Origin: an uncultured Pseudomonadota bacterium
GTDB taxonomy: Bacteria > Myxococcota_A > Polyangia > Fen-1088
DNA: 64,000 nucleotides
Assembly (NCBI GenBank): GCA_963778795.1
Contig: CAVZVU010000002.1
Span: forward strand, 120,052-184,051
Reading direction: 5' to 3'
Part shown: piece after piece, positions 1 to 12,164 of the stretch
Layout of the letters: every line of letters starts with the position of its first letter
Numbering within the stretch: position 1 is the first letter of the stretch
The notes under the pieces: generated by a model
Seen by the model: the letters and a program-made list of their open reading frames with translations, nothing else
Told to the model about the DNA's origin: nothing
Databases searched by the model: none
Made by a program: the position numbers and the translations under genes

Positions 1-46
1 GGAGCCTGCTCGAAGTCATATGACTAGGGCTCGGTTCGCGATTCAT
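1..46 (-). CDS. 5' start of a probable lipoprotein gene running off the window (MNREPSPSHMTSSRL...)
   Basis: ATG at 46 after the same GAAGAGGGG RBS as copy B; same N-terminus as the 509-658 ORF. Confidence 0.5.
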   Translation of the reverse strand, partial: MNREPSPSHMTSSRL

Positions 47-501
47 CGTGTCCCCTCTTCGGATCTGGTGAAGAAGCGCTGCAACCGGGGTGCCGACGGC
101 AACATCGGGTGACGAAAATAAGACAGCTGAGGCTGTTGCACCCTCGTTGTATGTGAAGACCGTTCGTTCGATCAGAGAATCGCTTTGTAGCGATCTCGGG
201 ACGCGAGCGTCAACGAGAAATCAGCTGTCGCACGTGACTTTTTCCGATGACCAGAACCAGCGCCCCCCGGCCAACAAAGTCGAAAAACTTTTGGAAATAA
301 ATGGCCCCGAGGTCGTTCGCCCCCGACTCAAACGACTGAGACGTCGTTCCCAGGGTGATTTGCGGCGGGTCGTTCCCCACGCCCTACTACGGATTGTGTC
401 TGCGCACAGGGATCTGGGGTTGCTCGTACCCCTGGTCGGCCCGTCCGATATTCGAACGATGGCCGTCCGGACGGAGGGAGTCGCCGCCTGCCAGCTTCGA
501 A
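1..501. repeat. Copy A of ~500 bp direct repeat (cut by window edge)
   Basis: Closely matches 613-1127 from ggagcctgctc to gcttcgaac, with scattered substitutions and small indels. Confidence 0.95.
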
Positions 502-508
502 CATCAAC

Positions 509-658
509 CTAGGAGAGGCTAGTGCCCGCGACCGGCGCTCCATCGGAAGAGGACTCTCGCCGGCACGACGCCGCCAGCGCAAGTGCCACTATCGCCAACG
601 TGGCCAACCCCGGGAGCCTGCTCAAAGTCATATGACTAGGGCTCGGTTCGCGATTCAT
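509..658 (-). CDS. 49-aa small or truncated lipoprotein (not in ORF track)
   Basis: Hand translation: MNREPSPSHMTLSRLPGLATLAIVALALAASCRRESSSDGAPVAGTSLS*. Hydrophobic core, LAAS-C lipobox-like motif, RBS GAAGAGGGG upstream. Confidence 0.55.
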   Translation of the reverse strand: MNREPSPSHMTLSRLPGLATLAIVALALAASCRRESSSDGAPVAGTSLS

Positions 659-1127
659 CGTGTCCCCTCTTCGGATCTGGTGAAGAAGCGCTGCAACCGG
701 GGTGCCGACGGCAACATCGGGGGTGACGAAAATAAGACAGCTGAGGCTGTTGCACCCTCGTTGTATGTGAAGACCGTTCTTTCGATCAGAGAATCGCTTT
801 GTAGCGATCTCGGGACGCGAGCGTCAACGAGAAATCAGCTGTCGCACGTGACTTTTTCCGACGACCAGAACCAGCGCCCGCCCGCGAACAAAGTCGAAAA
901 ACTTTTGGAAATAAATGGGGCCGAGGTCGTTCGCCCCCCGACTCAAACGACTGAGACGTCGTTCCCAGGGTGATTTGCAGCGGGTCGTTCCCCACGCCCT
1001 ACTACTGATTGTGTCTGGGCACAGGGATTTGGGGTCGCCCCTACCCCGTTGAGCCCTGGTCGACCCCGTCCGATTTTCGAACGATGGCCGTCCGGATGGA
1101 CGGAGTCGCCGCCTGCCCGCTTCGAAC
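613..1127. repeat. Copy B of ~500 bp direct repeat
   Basis: Matches 1-501 with an offset of about 612 bp. Confidence 0.95.
798..827 (-). promoter_or_regulatory. Putative sigma70-type promoter in repeat copy B (copy A equivalent at 184-213)
   Basis: Minus-strand TTGACG-N18-TACAAA about 140 bp upstream of the ATG at 658, with an A/T-rich tract further upstream. Confidence 0.45.
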
Positions 1128-1159
1128 GTGGCGCGCTCGCGTGGGTCGTGTCGCCACCG

Positions 1160-3170
1160 TCACCGGTCAAACTTGAGGCGGCCACCGAGGCGCGCTTCGA
1201 GGGTCCTCTCGAGCTGGTGGTCCTCGATGTTCCGCTGACGACCGCGCTGGCGCGCGAGATGACCGGCCAATTCGGATCCGGGGAGACTGAATGCGAAGTC
1301 GACGGTTCGCTGAGCGTACCTATCCCAGTCGCGCCGTTCGGTCGGCCGGTGCATCGGCGCGGCCTCACGAATGGCCTGGGCGACGGCGTCCCGGCGATAG
1401 CCGGCGACGCGCATGCGCACAGCGACATGGGCGTCCAGCCGCGATGGATCGGGACTCCCCGGAAGTGAGTGGTGAGCAACCTCGGCGGCCAGATGCCGCC
1501 GGTAGGCCTCAGCCAGCGACGGGGCCGCGGTCGGCGACTGGGGCCGAGCGTTCTTGGAGCGGAGCCGCTCCCGATCGGCGGCGATCGCCTGCTGCAGCTC
1601 GGGATTGGCGATCTTGAATCCGTGCTCGACGGCCAGCTCGACACATAGCCGCGCGAAACTGCTCGTTGCCGTGGACGGTGAAGCGTGCCCCACTTCTGGG
1701 CGCTGAGCTGAAGCGCGGCCAGGACGCTCTCTCGGCGCTTGGCTGTCGTGGATGTCGATCACCTTCCCGCGGTCGGTGAACGCGGGGCCGCCGCGCTGGC
1801 CGGCCAGGTGGTAGTGGACCTTCCCGCCGTCGATGACCGGCGCTGAAGGCGCGGATGTCACGCGGGGCCGGCGGCTCGAACGTCGGTCCCTCGATGGTGG
1901 CGGGTCGTCGCTCGCGGTGCCGCCATCGCTGGGCGAGATCGGGGCTCGGTCTCGGCCAGCCAGTCCTTGAAGCCGGGGAATCGGCCATGCTCTCGGCGTA
2001 GCGCCGCCCGCTCGAGCTTCTGCTGGTCCCGAAGCGCGGCCTTCTCTTGGGCCTGGCGGGCGGCCAGCACGCTTCGGGTCGCGTTCAAGAGCTCGCCTCG
2101 GCCCGCCCATGACCCACGCGAGCATGTCGGCGCGCTCGTGCCGGTGTCGTTCCGACATGCGGCGCCATTCGTCACGCTGCTGCTCGGCGATGCTGCTCGC
2201 GAGCCGTCGCGCGTTCTTGCTGGTGACGGGCGCGCAGCTCGCGCATACTGGCTCCAGAGAGGCGCGGCTGGCTCGACGGGTTCGCGGCAGCGCGCGCGGG
2301 CGGACGTGGCCGACCGTCGGGCGGACCGGGTGCGAACTCTCCGAGCCTCTTGCGCAAGGCCGCCATCGAGCAGTCGCGGCCGGCGCTGCTCGCCTTCACC
2401 GGCTCGTCGCCGATCCACAGAATTGCGCCCGAGCCCTTCTTCTCGAATCGCATCCCCTTGCGCGGCGAGAGCCTCGTGCAGCTCGCGCCAGCTCCGGGCC
2501 CGCCGGATGATCGGAGCCGCCTCCTCGATGGCGATCCGCTGGGCGCTGCGCTGCCCCGGCGCGCTCCTCGAAGTCCCGCGCCCGGGCGGACGGGCTGCCG
2601 CTCGCTCTGCGCCACGACGCTCGGTCCGCTCGATGTCGCCCATCCGGTCCGCGCGAGCGAACAGCGCCCGGTCTTCGCGCTGCCAGCCCTGGCGCTGCTC
2701 GATCCGGGCGATCGCCCGGTGGGCGACCTCGTGGTCGAAGCCGTTGTTGACGGTGACGAGCTTCTCGGTGTCGGGGTGGACGCGGTTGACGGCGAGGTGG
2801 AGGTGGCAGTTCTGGGTGTCGCGGTGGAGCGCGTAGATGGCCTGGTGCTCGCCGAGGCCCATCTCGTCGAGGAACATGGCGACCGCCTCGTCGGCCTGGG
2901 CGGCCGTCGGCTGCTCACCCTCTCGCCAGCTCAGGATCCAGTGCTGCACGGGCTGGGGGCTGCGCCGGGCGACCTCGGCGAGGTCGATCATCTCCTGCAC
3001 CTGGCCGTCGTGGTCGATGTTGAGGAGGTTGAGCGCGCCGCGGTGCTCGACCTTCTCGCCATCGCCGCCGGCGTCGGGGCCCGGCGATGTAGTCGACGAG
3101 CGCGCGCACGTTCGACGGCCTTGCTCTTGGGCGGCGCCGTCTTCGACGTCGGGATCTTCTTGACGATCAC
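1160..3170 (-). CDS. mobA: MOBP-family relaxase (TraI/MobA-like) with LPD7-like and RepB'-C-like C-terminal regions; multiple frameshifts
   Basis: Pieces across frames: MIVKKIP..VRALVDYI (Tyr motif I), HWILSW (motif II), HQAIYALHRDTQNCHLHLAVNRVHP (3H motif III), SWRELHEALAAQGMRFEKKGSGA, AFTDRGKVIDI..FKIANPELQ, DPSRLDAHVAVRMR..RDWDRYAQRTV. GTG start overlaps the upstream stop. Confidence 0.9.
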
Positions 3171-3496
3171 GTCGCCGCCTCCGGCTCGCCGCGCGGCCAA
3201 GCGGTCGATCGCGGCGCGCAGGGCGCCGAGGGCGGCCGCCGTCTGCTGGCTGTAGGCGCCGCCGCTGTCGATGTGGACCTTCTTGAGCAGGCCGCCGAGC
3301 CGGCGCAGCTCGCGGATGGTCGTCGCGTCGGTGCGCGACACGACGGGACGACCGAGCGCGCGAAGCGCGGACCAGCTCGGCGACGGCGATGCCGGCGTCG
3401 CGCGGCGATGCCGCGAAGCTGCTCCTTCTCGGCGGGCGCGACGCGGACGTCGAGGCGCTCGGTGAGCCCGGCCGCCGCCTTCCTACGGAACGGCAT
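3167..3496 (-). CDS. mobB: Relaxosome accessory RHH protein (TraJ/MobB-like); frameshifted
   Basis: LDVRVAPAEKEQL..AGIAVAELVR..IRELRRLGGLLKK resembles IncP TraJ (LGRLGGLLK). Lies between oriT and the relaxase. Confidence 0.8.
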   Translation of the reverse strand: MPFRRKAAAGLTERLDVRVAPAEKEQLRGIAARRRHRRRRAGPRFARSVVPSCRAPTRRPSASCAGSAACSRRSTSTAAAPTASRRRPPSAPCAPRSTAWPRGEPEAAT

Positions 3497-3605
3497 CGGC
3501 GCGCCTCCGGTCGATGGGGCTGCGAGAAGCGATAGCGCCGAGCAGCCCGCCGTCTGGCGGAGCCTGGCCTGCGAGAAGCGGAGCGCCGAGCGGGCGGGGC
3601 GGAGC

Positions 3606-3666
3606 GGGGCTTGGGAGGACACGTGCGGCGGCAGCCGCATGTGTCCGGACAAGCCCCCATCCTGCT
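3606..3666 (+). other. Origin of transfer (oriT), RP4/IncP-type nic
   Basis: Inverted repeat ggggcttg..GGACACGTGCGGC-ggca-GCCGCATGTGTCC..caagcccc, then CATCCTG|C (3658-3665) matching the YATCCTG*Y consensus. Sits between divergent mob genes. Confidence 0.85.
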
Positions 3667-3716
3667 ATCCGCGCATCGACACTCGGTGAGACCAGCTCGG
3701 AAGCAACGGTATTCAC

Positions 3717-3895
3717 GTACTACTTGTCGGCGCGAAGCGAAAAATGTTGCACGTAGCGAGCAACTTTTTCGCGCGCGGCCGACAAGTACGCGGGGAGCGC
3801 TCCGCGTGCGGCTCCGACGCGAAAAGACAGAAAAGTGATCGGCAGCGAGCACCTTTTTCCGCTCGCGGCCGACAAGTACCGCGGGGACCGCTCCG
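3717..3895. repeat. oriT-adjacent repeats: two ~50 bp direct copies plus one inverted core
   Basis: agcgagca.ctttt..gcggccgacaagtac.gcgggga..gctccg at ~3755-3804 and ~3844-3895; inverted core tacttgtcggc at 3721-3731. Confidence 0.8.
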
Positions 3896-3946
3896 GCCGA
3901 CGCAACAGATGCCGCTCTCGTCGCGAGAACCCGATCTGGAGACGCC

Positions 3947-4418
3947 ATGGACTACACGCTCGAGACCGCGCGACGCCTCGCCGAGGAGCTGCGCGCCATC
4001 CCTGCCAAGGACCCGTCGCAGCGCCGGCTCGACAAGCAGGCCATGGTGAAGGAGCTCGCGCGCGAGCTCATCGCGCTGCAACAGCGCGGATACACGATCG
4101 AGGAGGTGGCCGAGAGCCTGCGCGGGCGCGGGCTCGAGATCACGACCCCGACGCTGAAGAACTACCTCCAACGGGCCAAGAGCACGGCCGCCAAGCGAGC
4201 CGGAAACCTCGGCGGCCGCCGGGTCGCGCGCGGCGCGCCGACGAGCGTCGGAGCGTCCGCCAGATGCCAGCCGCCAGCCGCGAAAGCAGCCGCCGAACCG
4301 AGCTCGAACGCCGCCGCGAGCGCTGCGAAAGCCAGAGTCGGCGCAGCGGCCGGCGAGCGACCCAACGCTCCGCAGCGGCAAGAGCGCATTCCTCGTCAAG
4401 GACAAGGACAGCTACTGA
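3947..4418 (+). CDS. mobC: MobC (TraK-equivalent) mobilisation protein; likely frameshift, probable true end SAFLVKDKDSY*
   Basis: KQAMVKELARELIALQQRGYTIEEVAESLRGRGLEITTPTLKNYL resembles IncQ2 MobC; first gene right of oriT. Confidence 0.75.
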
Positions 4419-4434
4419 CCGAAAGGACGGAAGC

Positions 4435-5119
4435 ATGTCGAACACAATCTTTCTCATCGGTGGAGGCAAGGGCGGCGTGGGCAAGTCGCTCATGTCGATG
4501 GCCGTTCTCGACTTCCTGCACGCGAACGGCCAGCGGCCATTCCTCGTCGAGACGGACACGTCGGTCCCGGACGTCTTCAAGACGTACGCGGAAGCAGTGA
4601 GGGGAGAGCTGGTGAACCTCGACGAACGGGAGGGATGGATCGAGCTGGTCAACCTGGTCGGAGAGCAGGCCGGAGAGCACCATCGTCATCAACACGGGAG
4701 CACGGAACCAGACCGGCATCAGCAACTTCGGCCGGACGCTCAGCAAGGCGCTGCCGGAGCTGGGCCGGAAGCTGGTCGTCCTCTGGATGATCGACCGGAA
4801 GCGGGAGAGCCTGGAGCTGCTCGCGGACTTCACGGAAGCCATCCCGGAAGCCGAGGTCCATGTCGTCCGGAACATGTATCTCGGCGCCGAGAAGAAGTTC
4901 GAGCTCTACAACGGTTCGAAGATGAGAGCCGCGATCGAAGCGAAGGGAGGCCGGTCCCTGAACCTCCCCGAGCTGGCCGATCGGGTGACGGACGCCATGA
5001 ACAAGGGTCGCCTGACGATCGAGAGGGCGGTCGGCGAGCTGTCGCTCGGCGATCGCATGGAGCTCGAACGGTGGCGGGACGACTGCAAGACGATGCTGTC
5101 CGAGGTCATCGGTGGGTGA
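4435..5119 (+). CDS. mobD: MobD/TraL-like P-loop NTPase; frameshift near 4665
   Basis: MSNTIFLIGGGKGGVGKS deviant Walker A, LVETDTSVPDV, then VHVVRN...LNLPELADRV in the second frame. Confidence 0.85.
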
Positions 5120-5802
5120 GCTCGACGACAGCTTCGCGCAGCTGCTCGGACGACAGCCGAGCGACAAAGACAGGCAGGACCTCTACCGGGTCCGCGACGC
5201 GCTGAAGATCAAAGCGACGGACTCCGTGTGGCTCCTCCTCATGGCGCTGCAGTACTACGTGAAGCTCTATGAAGAGTTCCCCGCGCAGAATCGCGGCAAC
5301 GGCGCAGCGAAGTGACGCAAGACGGTCCGCGCGGCCGCAGAGGCGGAGGCGAAGGCAGCACAGGAGGAGACGAAGAGAGCGCTGACGGAAGCCGTTCGTC
5401 AGGCCGCGGTGAAAGCGGCGAATGATGCCGCCACCGCCGATCTCGTGAAGTGGGTGAGCATCGCGGTGGGCGTCGTCTGCACGATCATGCTGATCATCGG
5501 ATTGAGCGCCTACGGCCACGGGCGGGAAAACGGCCGGGCGGTAGGGAGAGAACGTGGCGAAGCGGGAGTGCGCGGCGCTGGTCGCCGCGTCGTCCTGGGC
5601 GAACACGCCCGACGGACAGCTCGCGTACGCGTTCGCAAAGGCAGGAGGCCTGGGCGAGGTGGCCCGGTGTACCGGCCGGGGGATGGTTTCGCGAGATGGT
5701 TGGTGCACGGTTTTGTCGGAGCGCGGAAGAATAAGCGCGCGCTGGCCGCGTACCAGCCGTCGCCAGACGTCAGGAACAATGGAGAAAACCGATGAGGAAT
5801 GA
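5112..5802 (+). CDS. mobE: MobE/TraM-like membrane protein; frameshifted, 3' end uncertain
   Basis: LDDSFAQLLGRQPSDKDRQDLYRVRDAL..DSVWLLLMALQYY, one TM segment (WVSIAVGVVCTIMLIIGL), WANTPDGQLAY. Follows mobD. Confidence 0.7.
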
Positions 5803-5808
5803 CGACCA

Positions 5809-6051
5809 ATGCGTCGACGACGACGCGCCCACCGGGGTCTTCACGCGCCCGAGCGCGATTCCTTGCCCCGCCCCCGCGGACAGTTGAATGACGATCGACT
5901 CTGGGACGCGAACGACGTCGCCAAGTACCTCAAAGTCAGTCGTTCGTGGGTCTATCACCGCGCGGAAGCCGGCCTGCTGCCCCACCTGCGAGTCGGCGGG
6001 CTCTTGCGGTTCGACCCCGCGACGGTGAGAGCATTCGCCCGAAAGAAGTGA
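5809..6051 (+). CDS. Excisionase-like helix-turn-helix protein
   Basis: LWDANDVAKYLKVSRSWVYHRAEAGLLPHLRVGGLLRFDP (MerR-like/HTH_17 pattern), directly upstream of the integrase. Confidence 0.85.
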   Translation: MRRRRRAHRGLHAPERDSLPRPRGQLNDDRLWDANDVAKYLKVSRSWVYHRAEAGLLPHLRVGGLLRFDPATVRAFARKK

Positions 6052-6111
6052 CTGGAATCGCTCGGGAGCCGGTGGGGAAAAGGCTATCGTCCGAAAAGAG
6101 GGAGCACTGGC

Positions 6112-7501
<1,390 letters not shown>

Positions 7502-7560
7502 ATAGGACGACGATGGTGCTGTCGAACGTGACGGGCGTGTGACCGCCCGGCACGGCGGAG

Positions 7561-7589
7561 GATCTACCTGGGCTGGTTCGGGGTGTCAA
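7561..7589 (-). promoter_or_regulatory. Sigma70 promoter of tRNA-Asp
   Basis: Minus-strand TTGACA-N17-TAGATC about 60 bp upstream of the tRNA. Confidence 0.7.
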
Positions 7590-7664
7590 CAGAATGCGCG
7601 CGGTCGGGGGGGGCGAAGAAATGGAGGGGCGTGGTAGGGTGCTGGGCCTCGGAGGTTACTGATC

Positions 7665-7750
7665 ATGTCCACGTCTTCGCCGATGTCCACGTCTTCGCCG
7701 ATGTCCACGTCTTCGCCGATGCCCACGTCTTCGCCGATGCCCACGTCCCA
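7665..7750 (+). repeat. 18-bp tandem repeat, about 5 copies (ATGTCCACGTCTTCGCCG)
   Basis: Encodes MSTSSP x3, MPTSSP, MPTSQS. Confidence 0.95.
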
Positions 7751-8330
7751 GTCGCGCTCGACGTCGTCCCGGTCCCGCCATCTTCTCGCTCTGCTGGCGC
7801 TCAGCTCAACCCTGGGAGTCGGCGCCGCCTATCTGCCGTTCGGCGCGGCGCGGGCCGACAACAAGCCGGCCGCGGCGGGGAAACCGGCGGCGGCCGAAGC
7901 GCCGAAATGCAAGACCTGGGGCGGCAAGCCGCAGTGCTGCGATCCGGCGATCGCGGCGCACCTGACCAAGGAGGCGATCTTCGCGGCCTGTGGCGAATCG
8001 GAGGCGACGTTCCTGGGCGAGCAGGGCTCCAAGGAGACCTGCAAGTATGTCTTCAAGGTCGAGGGCCAGAAAGAAGACGAGACCTTCGTCCAGGTGTACG
8101 CCCCGGCGCAAAAAGAGGTGCCGAGCGAGCCGAACGACCCGTTCTTCCAGTGGAAGAAGATTGGCAAGGTGTTCGTGACGGAGAAGGCCAAGTCGCCGAA
8201 GGCGGCGCCGATGATGGTGAACTCGACCGGGCTTTGGCTGCCCGCCAAGGGCTATTTCGTCAGCGTGAACGCTTCGACAAAGGTTTGCGACAAAAGCCAG
8301 GCGAAGCGCCTGGCTCCGAGCATGAAGTAG
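7665..8330 (+). CDS. Hypothetical exported Cys-containing protein
   Basis: GGAGG RBS, signal peptide ending ARA-D, Lys-rich natural-looking sequence. Confidence 0.8.
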   Translation: MSTSSPMSTSSPMSTSSPMPTSSPMPTSQSRSTSSRSRHLLALLALSSTLGVGAAYLPFGAARADNKPAAAGKPAAAEAPKCKTWGGKPQCCDPAIAAHLTKEAIFAACGESEATFLGEQGSKETCKYVFKVEGQKEDETFVQVYAPAQKEVPSEPNDPFFQWKKIGKVFVTEKAKSPKAAPMMVNSTGLWLPAKGYFVSVNASTKVCDKSQAKRLAPSMK

Positions 8331-8429
8331 GCGAAAACACACTGGTCTCCGCCACCGGCAGAGCTTTCGCGGCGCAGTGGCGGACCTTGCCTGGCAGGCC
8401 TCGAACATCTATCATCTCTTGATCGGATC

Positions 8430-9203
8430 GTGGACACGGCGAACACTTCCCCAGGCTATTCGCGCTCCCACCGAGCGGTCGAGATCATCAGCATTGTCCT
8501 GGTGTTCGGCATGCTGGCGGCGATGGCGATCCGGATCGGCCGCTCGATGCACTCGACGGGCGACTGGTTCTATCTCGGGTTCACGGCGCTCACCGGCTAC
8601 CTGACCGCGGACTTTCTGTCGGGGGTGGTGCACTGGGCCGGTGACACCATCGGCGACGAGACGACGCCGATCCTGGGGAAGAACTTCGTGCTGCCGTTTC
8701 GCCAGCACCACGTCGACCCCAAGGACATCTCGCGCCACGACTTCATCGAGACCAACGGCAACAACTGCATCGTGGTGCTGGCGCCGCTCGGAACGGCCTA
8801 TCTGATGATGCCGGCGGAGACCGGATGCGCATTCTTCGCCGCGGCGCTGATGGGGTTTCTCGCGCTGTTCATCGTCGCTACCAACCAGTTTCACAAGTGG
8901 GCGCACTCGGATACGCCGCCGCGCTTCGCGGTGCTCTTGCAGCGCAGCGGGCTCATCCTCTCGCCCGACCACCACAACATCCACCACGCCCTGCCCCACG
9001 ACCGGCACTACTGCATCACGGTCGGCTGGATGAACCCTCTGCTCAACCGTATCCATTTCTTCCGCGCCGCCGAGGCGCTGCTGGCGACTTTCCGCCCGAA
9101 CTGGCTCCACCTGGAAGAGCGCCGGCTGTTGGCCGCTGCCGCTGCGGCTGCCACCACCACCGCGGCCAGCGCCGCCGCGGCCGACCCTTCGCGCGCGCTC
9201 TAG
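8430..9203 (+). CDS. carF: CarF/TMEM189-family plasmanylethanolamine desaturase
   Basis: SGVVHWAGDT, FRQHHVDP, HDFIETNGNNC, TNQFHKWAH, HHNIHH, YCITVGWMNP His motifs. Confidence 0.9.
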   Translation: MDTANTSPGYSRSHRAVEIISIVLVFGMLAAMAIRIGRSMHSTGDWFYLGFTALTGYLTADFLSGVVHWAGDTIGDETTPILGKNFVLPFRQHHVDPKDISRHDFIETNGNNCIVVLAPLGTAYLMMPAETGCAFFAAALMGFLALFIVATNQFHKWAHSDTPPRFAVLLQRSGLILSPDHHNIHHALPHDRHYCITVGWMNPLLNRIHFFRAAEALLATFRPNWLHLEERRLLAAAAAAATTTAASAAAADPSRAL

Positions 9204-9216
9204 GCCAGACTCGACG

Positions 9217-9702
9217 ATGCCTTCGTTCGACGTGGTCTCGAAGGTCGACCTCATGGAGCTCGACAACGCGCTGAACACGGCGCGCAAGGAGATCCTGCAG
9301 CGCTACGATTTCCGCGGCACGAACACGACGATCGAGCGCGGCCCCGAGGGGATCACCATCCGCTCGGCGGATGAGCCGCACGTCGAGGCGTCGGTCTCGG
9401 TGCTGCGCGAGCGCATGGCCAAGCGCAACGTCTCGCAGCGCTGCCTGGACGCCAAGCCGATCGAGGCGGCGGGCGGCAGCACGGTGCGCCAGCTGATCGC
9501 CATAAAGCAGGGCATCGAGCAGGAGACGGCGAAGAAGATCATCCGCGCGATCAAGGACAGCAAGCTCAAGGTCCAGGCCCAGATCCAGGACGACCAGCTG
9601 CGGGTCACCGGCAAGGACCGCGACTCGCTGCAGGCGGCCATCGCGCTCATGCGCAAGAACGACTTCGGAATCGACTTGCAGTACGTGAATTTTCGCGACT
9701 AA
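9217..9702 (+). CDS. yajQ: YajQ-family nucleotide/c-di-GMP-binding protein
   Basis: MPSFDVVSKVD..RYDFRG..KLKVQAQIQDDQLRVTGK..LQYVNFRD. Confidence 0.97.
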   Translation: MPSFDVVSKVDLMELDNALNTARKEILQRYDFRGTNTTIERGPEGITIRSADEPHVEASVSVLRERMAKRNVSQRCLDAKPIEAAGGSTVRQLIAIKQGIEQETAKKIIRAIKDSKLKVQAQIQDDQLRVTGKDRDSLQAAIALMRKNDFGIDLQYVNFRD

Positions 9703-9728
9703 GTGGGCGATTCGCCTACCATTACGCG

Positions 9729-12141
<2,413 letters not shown>

Positions 12142-12164
<23 letters not shown>

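Noticed and set aside
90-973. Plus-strand ORFs 90-512 and 632-973 in the repeats
   Set aside because: Frames differ between copies because of indels, and the RBS, promoter and signal features are all on the minus strand; likely spurious.
1-1127. CRISPR array, or a known riboswitch in the repeat leader
   Set aside because: The unit is far too long for CRISPR, no cas genes are present, and I recognised no riboswitch consensus by eye (Rfam not run).
1858-3948. 696-aa ORF as a single protein
   Set aside because: It runs across oriT and only part is relaxase; an artefact of frameshifts.
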